Below, piece by piece: positions 26,941-38,300 of a stretch of DNA of 64,000 bases. Positions within the stretch are counted from its first letter, which is position 1. The number at the start of each line of letters is the position of its first letter. The position numbers and the translations under genes were made by a program. Under the pieces are notes generated by a model. That model was not told the DNA's origin and did no database searches. It saw only the letters and a list, made by a program, of their open reading frames with translations. Source of the DNA: Macrostomum lignano (lineage: Eukaryota); assembly GCA_002269645.1 (NCBI GenBank), contig NIVC01000772.1:1-64000 (forward strand). The letters are read 5' to 3'.

Positions 26941-29185
26941 ATGAAGGTCAAACGCCTGGCCAACGCAGCCGGAGTCGCCCTGCCACTCGACGCGGACTAT
27001 GCAGAGAGTCTTGAAGGCGGCGTTGCAGCTGCGGCAGATTCAGCTGGCCAAGCCGGCTCCGGCGTTGCCGAGGATGACGACGAGGGCTTGGATCTGGACG
27101 AATTCATTCAGCAGATGATGATGGATGGTGGCGGTGACGGCCAAGCGCTGGTGGCTGACGAGCTGCCCATGCCCGACCAGCAGCAGCAGCAGCAGCAGCC
27201 TCAGTATTTCACTGGGCCGGTCATGCAGCCAGCAGCGGCCGGGCTTGGCGCTGCTCAAGCCAACGGATTCGTCGATAATGGCTTTCGTTACCATGGCAAC
27301 TATGGCGTCCAACAGCCGTCGCTAGTACAGCCGCAGTTCAATCTGCAGTCTGCAGCTACCGCTAATTCATCTTCCGTCATCTTTCCACTGTCTGGTCCGC
27401 AGTCGCTGGGTTCAGAGTTTCAGCAGCAGCAGCAGCAGACTGCTCAGGTGTCCCAGCAGCAGCAGCAGCAGCCGCCTTCGGGAATTCGAGCTGCCATTAA
27501 TCTGCGTAAGCGACCTCTGCAATCGCAGCAGCAACAGCTTCTGCTAGATTTGCCCGAATCGTCTAACGACGCATTCGATACTAAGCCTATTATCCAGAAG
27601 CAGCAGCAGAAGCAGCAAAATCAGGAATCCAATTCCAAATCGTCTGTTGGCGGTGATTCGAATTCAACAGCGATAACAGCTGGGGACGCTGGCGGCGGAG
27701 ATTTGACTATAGAGGATCCGAGCGAGAGAAAACGATTGAAGAATGCTCAATTAGCTAGGTGAGTTGACCTGCTCAGATTGTATCAGCGTCACTTTGTTTG
27801 TTGGGTCAATTCCAGGGTCAGTGCCAGTGTGTTGGGTCAGTGCCAGAGTCTTTAGGGTCAGTGCCAGTGTGTTGGGTCAGTGCCAGAGTCTTTAGGGTCA
27901 GTGCCAGAGTCTGTAGGGTCAGTGCCAGAGTCTGTAGGGTCAGTGCCAGTGTCTGTAGGGTCAGTGCCAGTGTCTGTAGGGTCAGTGCCAGTGTCTGTAG
28001 GGTCAGTGCCAGTGTCTGTAGGGTCAGTGTCTGTGTCTGTAGGGTCAGTGCCAGTGTCTGTAGGGTCAGTGCCAGTGTCTGTAGGGTCAGTGCCAGTGTC
28101 TGTAGGGTCAGTGCCAGTGTCTGTAGGGTCAGTGTCTGTGTCTGTAGGGTCAGTGTCTGTGTCTGTAGGGTCAGTGCCAGTGTCTGTAGGGTCAGTGCCA
28201 GTGTCTGTAGGGTCAGTGCCAGTGTCTGTAGGGTCAGTGTCAGTGTCTGTAGGGTCAGTGCCAGTGTCTGTAGGGTCAGTGCCAGTGTCTGTAGGGTCAG
28301 TGTCTGTGTCTGTAGGGTCAGTGCCAGTGTCTGTAGGGTCAGTGTCTGTGTCTGTAGGGTCAGTGCCAGAGTCTGTAGGGTCAGTGCCAGTGTCTGTAGG
28401 GTCAGTGCCAGTGTCTGCAGGGTCAGTGTCTGTGTCTGTAGGGTCAGTGCCAGAGTCTGTAGGGTCAGTGCCAGAGTCTGTAGGGTCAGTGTCAGTGTCT
28501 GTAGGGTCAGTGTCAGTGTCTGTAGGGTCTGTGCCAGAGTCTGTAGGGTCAGTGCCAGTGTCTGTATGGTCAGTGTCTGTGTCTGTAGGGTCAGTGCCAG
28601 TGTCTGTAGGGTCAGTGTCTGTGTCTGTAGGGTCAGTGCCAGTGTCTGTTGGGTAAGGGTTAATTTCGATTGAGTCGGGGGTCTGGACCAACACCTATTG
28701 TATGCTATAACGAGGCTTCTAAAAATTGCACTTCAATGTTCAGAGAAAATCGAGAAAAGAAAAAGCAACACGTTCAAGAGCTGGAGAATCGAGTCCGAGA
28801 CCTCGAATCGGCATTGTCCGCCTCGCGCGAGCGCGAATCGAGCTTAACAAGCGAATTAAGCTCATCTAAGCGGCATAACAACTATCTGCTGTCGGTGCTG
28901 TACAGGCAGAGCGAGCTGGCCTCGTTCTTGTCCACCGTGCCTGCGCTGGTGTCCCGAGAGCGCCAGCTGCAGCTGCAGCAACCGCAAGCAACTAGAGATA
29001 CGGACAGTCAGACAACTACAGGCGGAATTTGTTTGCACCTTGACAATCAGGAGACTGTATCTGTTTTGTTGTGCGACAAATGCGCCGCTCTGGGTGGCGG
29101 CGGCAGCGTCGGTGACGCGGTGCTAGGCGGATCTGCTTCGCAGCCTTCGTCTTTAACTGGGAATCAGTCGAATCTGTCGCTTTGA
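26941..29185 (+). CDS. CREBZF: CREB/ATF bZIP factor, CREBZF/Zhangfei-like, 419 aa, 2 exons
   Basis: Exons 26941-27758 and 28744-29185 join in phase 2 to give ERKRLKNAQLARENREKKKQHVQELENRVRDLE. The C-terminal GGICLHLDNQETVSVLLCDKC matches the CREBZF-type tail as I recall it. Confidence 0.8.
27814..28648. repeat. 21-bp minisatellite (GGGTCAGTGCCAGTGTCTGTA) filling the bZIP intron
   Basis: Direct reading; lies between the donor at 27759 and the acceptor at 28743. Confidence 0.97.
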
Positions 29186-29286
29186 AGGCAATTTGTGTGC
29201 GTAGTTATGTGTAGCCTGTACGCTGGATGCTTTCGGTTCATGACAGCGTGAATACTGCTTGAGCTTTCTAGGATTGTCATCTGTGC

Positions 29287-29905
29287 CTAAGGGGTCGTAG
29301 TGGCATTTACTGTAACACCTGAGAGAATAGTGGCACCCGCTGAAGGAACTGAAGGAATGGTGGTACCCGATGAAGTAACTGAGGTGGTAGTGTCACTCAC
29401 TGAAGGACCTGAGGTCGTAGTGTCACTCACTGAAGGACCTGAGGTCGTAGTGTCACTCACTGAGAGGACCTGAGGTCGTAGTGTCACTCCCTGAAGGAAT
29501 GGCGAGACCCGCTGAAGGACCTGAGGAGGTGACAGCACCCACTGAAGGGCCTGAGGAGGTGACAGCACCCACTGAAGGGCCTGAGGAGGTGACAGCACCC
29601 ACTGAAGGGCCTGAGGAGGTGACAGCACCCACTGAAGGGCCTGAGGAGGTGACAGCACCCACTGAAGGGCCTGAGGAGGTGACAGCACCCACTGAAAAGC
29701 CTGAGGAGGTGACAGCACCCACTGAAGGGCCTGAGGAGGTGACAGCACCCACTGAAGGGCCTGAGGAGATGACAGCACCCACTGAAGGGCCTGAGGAGGT
29801 GACAGCACCCACTGAAGGGCCTGAGGAGGTGACAGCACCCACTGAAGGGCCTGAGGAGGTGACAGCACCCACTGAAGGGCCTGAGGAGGAGAAGACAGAA
29901 CCCAC
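29287..29905 (-). other. 30-bp repeat region reading as a mucin-like Ser/Thr-rich frame with one frameshift
   Basis: The minus-strand unit encodes PSVGAVTSSG. A 1-nt insertion near 29463 separates it from the SDTTTSGPSV...VTVNATTTP* frame. Coding status unproven. Confidence 0.35.
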
Positions 29906-31069
29906 TGACCTGAATCCTGGGGTGTTCGCTCAGATTTTGTCAAAACAATTCTAACGTAGATAAATTTCTTTAAAAAATTGACACATTTGACAACCGTTCG
30001 TGTGACTATGGAGTGTATTTTGTGTCAATAAAACTATTTATTTACATTCAGTAATCATTATTACCTTTCTGTATATAATTTTTGCTACGATAAATTTCCA
30101 TATCTATTAGTACATTTTTAGCATCGAACTTATAACTCGTATTCAATCGTAGTTTCTTACGTAGTCAATGCATTCATTGGCTTAGTTTTAAAGTTTATAT
30201 AAAAATGACTTTACAAAGTTATATCACTACATATCGGTAGGCAGGTAAGTGAATTCTGATTAAATCTGCCGCAATGTGTTTTTGTGTAATCGTCCATTCC
30301 TTCATCACTTACGAGGTAGCATTTCTTCCTTCTAGAGAGTAAAAATCTATAAAATTCACAAATCTATTATAATACTTCATTAGCAAACGCTAACTTGGCT
30401 ACTCGCAACACACCAGTAGTTTGTTACGGTTATTTGCGTGTTCCGTTTGTAAGGTTTGTAAAATTTTGACGTGCCATGCATTTCTTCTGAAGCTGTCCGA
30501 CTTTCTTCGGAGAATTTTAATAAATAATTAATTAAAATTTTCTGTCTTTTTAACAAATGGATGAAATTTATTGAGAATTAATATTTTTACTGTAATTACC
30601 GTTGTCAATTAAACCAAGCGGACTATTATTCAGACGCATTGTAATTTATCACATTTTGCCTTACTGACATTTTTGAAATGAAATTATTGCATTAGACAAT
30701 GTAGAGCAGTTGTGCCCAAAATATACAGTCGCTGGTTTCTTGTTTAAAAACATTTTCTGTTACAGTCTTTAAGTAAACTTTTTTGAATTTTAGATTATTT
30801 AATGATAATATTATTGTCATTGAGCTCGTGTGTGACGGAGAACCAACATCTGAGCGGTTTGCTTTCTACATATGCATATTTATTACGCAACAAAAATGTT
30901 GTAAAATGTTCATGATTACTTAAAAAGAAAAAAGCTTAAAACACAGATTTTGTGTACACGTTTCTATTTATCATTTTTGGAGTGTTTTTTTTGTTCTTTG
31001 TTAAAATAAGCCGAAATACAAGTTTTAGAGTCTTCATCTTCCAGCATCCAATGATACGAGTTCCTGCAG

Positions 31070-33009
31070 TTCCATGGGGATATCATTGATGAGGCCGCTT
31101 CCAGCATCCCGTGTATGTCTGTAGTTCCATGGGGATATCATTGATGAGGCCGCTTCCAGCATCCCGTGTATGTCTGTAGTTCCATTGGGATATCATTGAT
31201 GAGGCCGCTTCCAGCATCCCGTGTATGTCTGTAGTTCCATTGGGATATCTTTGATGAGGCCGCTTCCAGCATCCCGTGTATGTCTGTAGTTCTATGGGGA
31301 TATCATTGATGAGGCCGCTTCCAGCATCCCGTGTATGTCTGTAGTTCCATGGGGATATCATTGATGAGGCCGCTTCCAGCATCCCGTGTATGTCTGTAGT
31401 TCCATGGGGATATCATTGATGAGGCCGCTTCCAGCATCCCGTGTATGTCTGTAGTTCCATTGGGATATCTTTGATGAGGCCGCTTCCAGCATCCCGTGTA
31501 TGTCTGTAGTTCCATGGGGATATCATTGATGAGGCCGCTTCCAGCATCCCGTGTATGTCTGTACTTCCATTGGGATATCATTGATGAGGCCGCTTCCAGC
31601 ATCCCGCGTATGTCTGTAGTTCCATTGGGATATCATTGATGAGGCCGCTTCCAGCATCCCGTGTATGTCTGTAGTTCCATTGGGATATCATTGATGAGGC
31701 CGCTTCCAGCATCCCGTGTATGTCTGTAGTTCCATGGGGATATCATTGATGAGGCCGCTTCCAGCATCCCGTGTATGTCTGTAGTTCCATTGGGATATCA
31801 TTGATGAGGCCGCTTCCAGCATCCCGTGTATGTCTGTAGTTCCATTGGGATATCATTGATGAGGCCGCTTCCAGCATCCCGTGTATGTCTGTAGTTCCAT
31901 TGGGATATCATTGATGAGGCCGCTTCCAGCATCCCGTGTATGTCTGTAGTTCCATGGGGATATCATTGATGAGGCCGCTTCCAGCATCCCGTGTAGTTCC
32001 ATTGGGATATCATTGATGAGGCCGCTTCCAGCATCCCGTGTATGTCTGTAGTTCCATGGGAATATCATTGATGAGGCCGCTTCCAGCATCCCGTGTATGT
32101 CTGTAGTTCCACGGGATATCTTTGATGAGGCCGCTTCCAGCATCCCGTGTATGTCTGTAGTTCCATGGGAATATCATTGATGAGGCTGCTTCCAGCATCC
32201 CGTGTATGTCTGTAGTTCCACGGGATATCTTTGATGAGGCCGCTTCCAGCATCCCGTGTATGTCTGTAGTTCCATGGGAATATCATTGATGAGGCCGCTT
32301 CCAGCATCCCGTGTATGTCTGTAGTTCCATTGGGATATGATTGATGAGGCCGCTTCCAGCATCCCGTGTATGTCTGTAGTTCCATTGGGATATCATTGAT
32401 GAGGCCGCTTCCAGCATCCCGTGTATGTCTGTAGTTCCATGGGGATATCATTGATGAGGCCGCTTCCAGCATCCCGTGTATGTCTGTAGTTCCATGGGGA
32501 TATCATTGATGAGGCCGCTTCCAGCATCCCGTGTATGTCTGTAGTTCCATTGGGATATCATTGATGAGGCCGCTTCCAGCATCCCGTGTATGTCTGTAGT
32601 TCTATGGGGATATCATTGATGAGGCTGCTTCCAGCATCCCGTGTATGTCTGTAGTTCCACGGGATATCTTTGATGAGGCCGCTTCCAGCATCCCATATGT
32701 CTGTAGTTCCACGGGATATCTTTGATGAGGCCGCTTCCAGCATCCCATATGTCTGTAGTTCCATGGGGATATCATTGATGAGGCTGCTTCCAGCATCCCG
32801 TGTATGTCTGTAGTTCCACGGGATATCTTTGATGAGGCCGCTTCCAGCATCCCATGATACCTGCAGTTCCATTTGGGATATCATTGATGAGGCCTCTTCC
32901 AGCATCTCATATGTCTGTAGTTTTATGGGGATATCTTTGATGAGGCTGCTTCCAGCGTCCCATGATACCTGCAGTTCCATGGGGATATCTTTGATGAGGC
33001 CGCTTCCAG
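31070..33009. repeat. 55-bp minisatellite array
   Basis: Unit GATATCATTGATGAGGCCGCTTCCAGCATCCCGTGTATGTCTGTAGTTCCATGGG, contiguous with no unique spacers. Confidence 0.97.
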
Positions 33010-33100
33010 CGTCTATTTCTGTTAGGGATTAGATGAAAATGTTGGCTGATACAATATCCTGTCTCAAACTGAATCACTTCATGTTGATCACAGCAACAAC

Positions 33101-33346
33101 ATGGGATTCGGTCTATTCAGCCTGCTCGAGGCTGGCCTCCTACTGCTCAACGCAATCTGCGTGCTTCATCGCGAACGATTCCTAGCCAGATTCGGCTGGA
33201 GCTCTGAACAGAGAGACTTCGGCGAGCCCGGCGTGACTGCCAAAGGCCAGTTGGTGAATCTGGTGAACAGTGTGCAGTTTGTGATGCGCGGGCCGCTCAT
33301 TGTTGTGAACTCTTTGGTTATTGTTTATAAACTTGTGCTGGGCTGA
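33101..33346 (+). CDS. IER3IP1: Immediate early response 3-interacting protein 1 / Yos1-like, 81 aa
   Basis: LLLLNAICVLHRERFLARFGW...KGQLVNLVNSVQFVMRGPLIVVNSLVIVYKLVLG matches the Yos1/IER3IP1 signature. Confidence 0.95.
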   Translation: MGFGLFSLLEAGLLLLNAICVLHRERFLARFGWSSEQRDFGEPGVTAKGQLVNLVNSVQFVMRGPLIVVNSLVIVYKLVLG

Positions 33347-33477
33347 TGGCGACCAAGGGGAACTTAAATTTCCCCTGGCTTAGGGCGTCATGCAGTTTTA
33401 CCTTATTGGTGATTTCTGATAATGCGAGAAGTTCCTGTTTTGATACATTTTTTCCACAGCGCATGGATAAAAACATC

Positions 33478-34415
33478 CCCAATCCCAATTATCCCAATAT
33501 TAGAAATCCCAGATCCCAATTATCCCTTTATTAAAAATCTCAGATCCCAATAATCCCTATATTTTTAAATCCCAGATCCCAATTATCCCTATATTGAAAA
33601 TCCAAGATCCCAATAATCCCAATATTTTTAAATCCCAGATCCCAATTATCCCTATATTGAAAATCCAAGATCCCAATAATCCCTATATTGAAAATCCCAG
33701 ATCCCAATTATCCCAATATTGAAAATCCCAAATCCAAAATTATCCCTATATTGGAAATCCCAGATCCCAATTATCCCAATATTGAAAATCCCAGATCCAA
33801 AATTATCCCTATATTGGAAATCCCAGATCTCAATTATCCCTATATTGGAAATCCCAGATCCAAAATTATCCCTATATTTTTAAATCCCAGATCCCAATTA
33901 TCCCTATATTGAAAATCCAAGATCCCAATAATCCCAATATTTTTAAATCCCAGATCCCAATTATCCCTATATTGAAAATCCAAGATCCCAATAATCCCTA
34001 TATTGAAAATCCCAGATCCCAATTATCCCAATATTGAAAATCCCAAATCCAAAATTATCCCTATATTGGAAATCCCAGATCCCAATTATCCCAATATTGA
34101 AAATCCCAGATCCAAAATTATCCCAATATTGAAAATCCCAAATCCAAAATTATCCCTATATTGGAAATCCCAGATCCCAATTATCCCAATATTGAAAATC
34201 CCAGATCCAAAATTATCCCAATATTGAAAATCCCAAATCCAAAATTATCCCAATATTGAAAATCCCAGATCCAAAATTATCCCAATATTGAAAATCCCAG
34301 ATCCAAAATTATCCCAATATTGAAAATCCCAGATCCAAAATTATCCCAATATTGAAAATCCCAGATCCAAAATTATCCCTATATTGGAAATCCCAGATCT
34401 CAATTATCCCAATAT
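33478..34415. repeat. ~32-bp AT-rich minisatellite (AAAATCCCAGATCCAAAATTATCCCAATATTG)
   Basis: Direct reading of the sequence. Confidence 0.95.
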
Positions 34416-35325
34416 TGAGAATGTTAGATCTCTTGATGGGTTTTCAGTTACTCTATTTAACCGTTTTCACCATATAGTTAATTCTCCATTGCCAGTGGGG
34501 CAGATTAGTGGTAAGAATCTGTGTTTCATCTTCCTCATCATATTGCACGATTATATATAGTGAATATGGATTGCTATCCCGCTATAGTTATTTGCTTATC
34601 TGTATTTAATGTGCGCGTGATTGTTCAAATGATGCAAAAAATTTACCAAGTAAAAATAAATTAAATTAAATATTAAATTTGCCTAATTAAAAGATTACTT
34701 TCGAGTTGATTTCTTTCATTTTAGTTTAGTAAGAAAAGTCTGTGTCAGTAAGTAGCTTTGAGTAGCACAGAGGTTCCATAGGATGGGTTTATCGGTTGTA
34801 GATACCCAATGCAAAGCAGTTATCAACAAGCAAAGTACATAGAGTACTTTTATAGGACACCTTGGCGCAACGCCTTCGGCAACAACGTCACACTGCAACC
34901 CAAAGCTGAGGCCAATGGTCGTGGGGGCGAGAGAGTCAGGCAGGCCTGTGTTTACCACGAGTACTTTCTCAACTTTGGTTCTAAGAAATTTGAGCATTGC
35001 CTCCTGTCACAAACAGACTGCTCAATAGCAGCTACTCTAACCTGTGCTCCCGCTTCAGTTTGGCCAGAAAAAGTGCACAGCGCCCCTGATAAGATGGAGT
35101 GAGAAAACTTGCATACTCGCTGTTCCTTCATCAACGCAATTTTAATGAAATTAAAACTAAAAATGGCTTATCGATATTGCAGCATATTGAGCTTCGCCTT
35201 TCAAACATACTCATCATCTTGTAGTTTAACAACCATACTCGCATTGAATTCGCTCTACGACAAGGCCTGCGTGCATTGAAAAAGTAACAGACTAGAGACC
35301 CAGAATCTTGGCCTCATCATTCGCC

Positions 35326-38300
35326 ATGAGCGGCGCTGCTAGCACAAGCGGCAACTGCATGCAGTCTCCGCAGCAGCTGCAGAAGCAGCAGCAACATCAA
35401 CAACAGCAGCAACAGCAAAAGCTGTCCGGCAGCAGCGGCGAAGACATGGACGGCTTGGCCGCAGCCTATGAGCGTCTGGCTGTGCGGTTCAACCAGCTGG
35501 AGGCCGCATACAACCAGCTGCGTCCTGCGGCCGCCGCTGCCGCCGCCGCATCCTCGTCATCTACGGCGCCTCTGCCAGCCTGTTTCCGATCAACGGCGAT
35601 TGACAGCTCGACTGGCGCTAGCGCTTGCAGCGATCACGAATCGTCAAATAATTTGGCTTCGTCAGCTGGTGCGCAGGCAGCAGCTGCCGCCGCTGCGTCG
35701 TCGTCTGCGTCGGCGCTTCCCGCCTCGCCGACATCTCCCGGCGCGTCGACTGTTGCTAAGCCAAATCTGCAGCAGCAGCACGGGGGTATGCCGTTGCTTA
35801 GTAATAAGCCGGTTAGTCTGCTCCTAGAAGAGATTGAACGGCTTAGGGAAAGGGCTGAACGAGCAGAGAGTCTGGCGGCGGCCTGGGAACGGCAGGCTGG
35901 TCACACTATTGAACAGCTGGAGCTGCTGGGCAGTCAGCTGGAGGAGTTGCACACGGCTGCACTTGGCGCCGGATCAGAAGGTGGCAGGGCCTGTCGGATG
36001 TTGGAAGCTGGGCTGTCCGGTCTGCGCAGGCTGGTTAGTGGTCAGAGGGCCCTGCTGGACAAGCTAGTGCTGCGCGAGTCTGCCCGATTTCAGCAGCAGC
36101 AGCAGCAGCAACAGATGATGCAACAGCAGAGAAGACGGAGGCGCGTACCCGATTCGCCAGCGGAGTTAGTTTTTTGCGTTTTTTAAGAACAGTGGTTGGT
36201 GTCTGGCCTGTCTTATTTAATGAGATATTTTTTGGTTTTCAAGTGGTGCACGCGTGTATTTTTGTTAGGGGTTGGCATCGAGGCATTTTTATTGGTTGAT
36301 TTGGTGTATTTTAGGGTTGGAACTGGCGTGTTTTTATTAGGGGGTGAGATTAGTGTGATTATTAGAGAGTGACGTTGGTGTGTTTTATGAGGGGGTGAGG
36401 TTGGTGTTTTATTAGGGGTGAGGGTGGTGTGTTTTATGAGGGGTGAGGGTGGTGTGTTTTGTGAGGGGTGAGGGGTGAGGGGGGTGATTTTATTAAGGGG
36501 TGAGGTTGGTGTGTTTTATTAGGGGGTGAGGTTGGTGTGTCTTATTAAGGGGTGAGGTTGGTGTGTTTTATTAAGGGGTGAGGTTGGTGTGTTTTATTAA
36601 GGGGTGAGGTTAGTGTGTTTTATTAAGGGGTGAGGTTGATGTGTTTTATTAAGGGGTGAGGTTAGTGTGTTTTATTAGGGGTGAGGTTGGTGTGTTTTAT
36701 TAAGGGGTGAGGTTGGTGTGTTTTATTAAGGGGTGAGGTTAGTGTGTTTTATTAGGGGTGAGGTTGGTGTGTTTTATTAAGGGGTGAGGTTAGTGTGTTT
36801 TATTAGGGGTGAGGTTGGTGTGTTTTATTAAGGGGTCAGGTTGGTGTGTTTTTTTAAGGGGTGAGGTTGGTGTGTTTTATTAAGGGGTGAGGTTAGTGTG
36901 TTTTATTAGGGGTGAGGTTGGTGTGTTTTATTAAGGGGTGAGGTTGGTATTTTTTATTAAGGGGTGAGGTTGGTGTGTCTTATGAGGGGTAGGTATGTAG
37001 AGTTGTTTTAGACAATTGTGATTGGCTTATTATCCTCACCGTGTCCTTGTGAGGACTCAGTAGATGTGATTATCGTCCTTCCTCGGCTGCAGCTGTGCAT
37101 AGAAATTCTAAGTAAGCAACTGTACCAAAATCAACTCAGGGAAGCGGAGGCCGACATGGACGGCGGCGACAGTCCTGCCGATCTGGGCCGTCAGCAGCAG
37201 CAACAACCGCAACAACAGCTCAAGAAGCTGCGCTGTCGAAAGCGGCATCATCATCAGCAGCAGCAGCATCGCTACGCCGATGAAGACAACAACGAGGCCG
37301 ATCTCGATGACGAGTTGGACAACGAGGACGACCATCTGGATGGCGAGGACGACGACGAGGTCATCGAGTACATTCAGCCGGATGGGGCGGCAGCGGCATC
37401 CGCGTCCGCCGATGGCGGCTCATCGCACTACGATAATTATGGAGGCGGCGACGGTGGCAACAGCGACAACTGGAGCCGTTGGATGCTGGCTCCGTCTTCG
37501 AGCCTGCTGCCGCGGACGGATTCTCTGGATCATCTGCGCGAGGACGATGACGATTACCGGGGATTCGGCGAGGCCGGGGCCGCGGCGAACTTTAACAGCT
37601 ACGGGGTTCAGGTGAGATGAAGTGCTTAGCCCTACCGTCTGCAGCTAAAGTGTCTGTCACTGCAGTGCCTAAACATCTGTAGTGTCTGTCACTGCAGTGC
37701 CTAAATATCTGTAGTGTCTGTCACTGCAGTGCCTAAATATCCGTAATGTCTGTCACTGCAGTGCCTAAATATCCGTAATGTCTGTCACTGCAGTGCCTAA
37801 ACATCTGTAGTGTCTGTCACTGCAGTGCCTAAATATCTGTAGTGTCTGTCACTGCAGTGCCTAAATATCCGTAATGTCTGTCACTGCAGTGCCTAAATAT
37901 CCGTAATGTCTGTCACTGCAGTGCCTAAATATCCGTAATGTCTGTCACTGCAGTGCCTAAATATCCGTAATGTCTGTCACTGCAGTGCCTAAATATCCGT
38001 AATGTCTGTCACTGCAGTGCCTAAATATCCGTAATGTCTGTCACTGCAGTGCCTAAATATCCGTAATGTCTGTCACTGCAGTGCCTAAATATCTGTAGTG
38101 TCTGTCACTGCAGTGCCTAAATATCCGTAGTGTCTGTCACTGCAGTGCCTAAATATCCGTAATGTCTGTCACTGCAGTGCCTAAATATCCGTAATGTCTG
38201 TCACTGCAGTGCCTAAATATCCGTAGTGTCTGTCACTGCAGTGCCTAAATATCTGTAGTGTCTGTCACTGCAGTGCCTAAATATCCGTAATGTCTGTCAC

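Noticed and set aside
27798-28694. Three long repeat ORFs
   Set aside because: The region lies between the GT donor and AG acceptor of the bZIP gene; splicing it out restores the basic region.
31070-33009. CRISPR-like array
   Set aside because: Units are contiguous near-identical 55-mers with no unique spacers, there are no cas genes, and the context is eukaryotic.
34809-35102. 97-aa ORF upstream of the UBZ gene
   Set aside because: No recognisable motif or splice context; overlapping ORFs of similar length occur on both strands.
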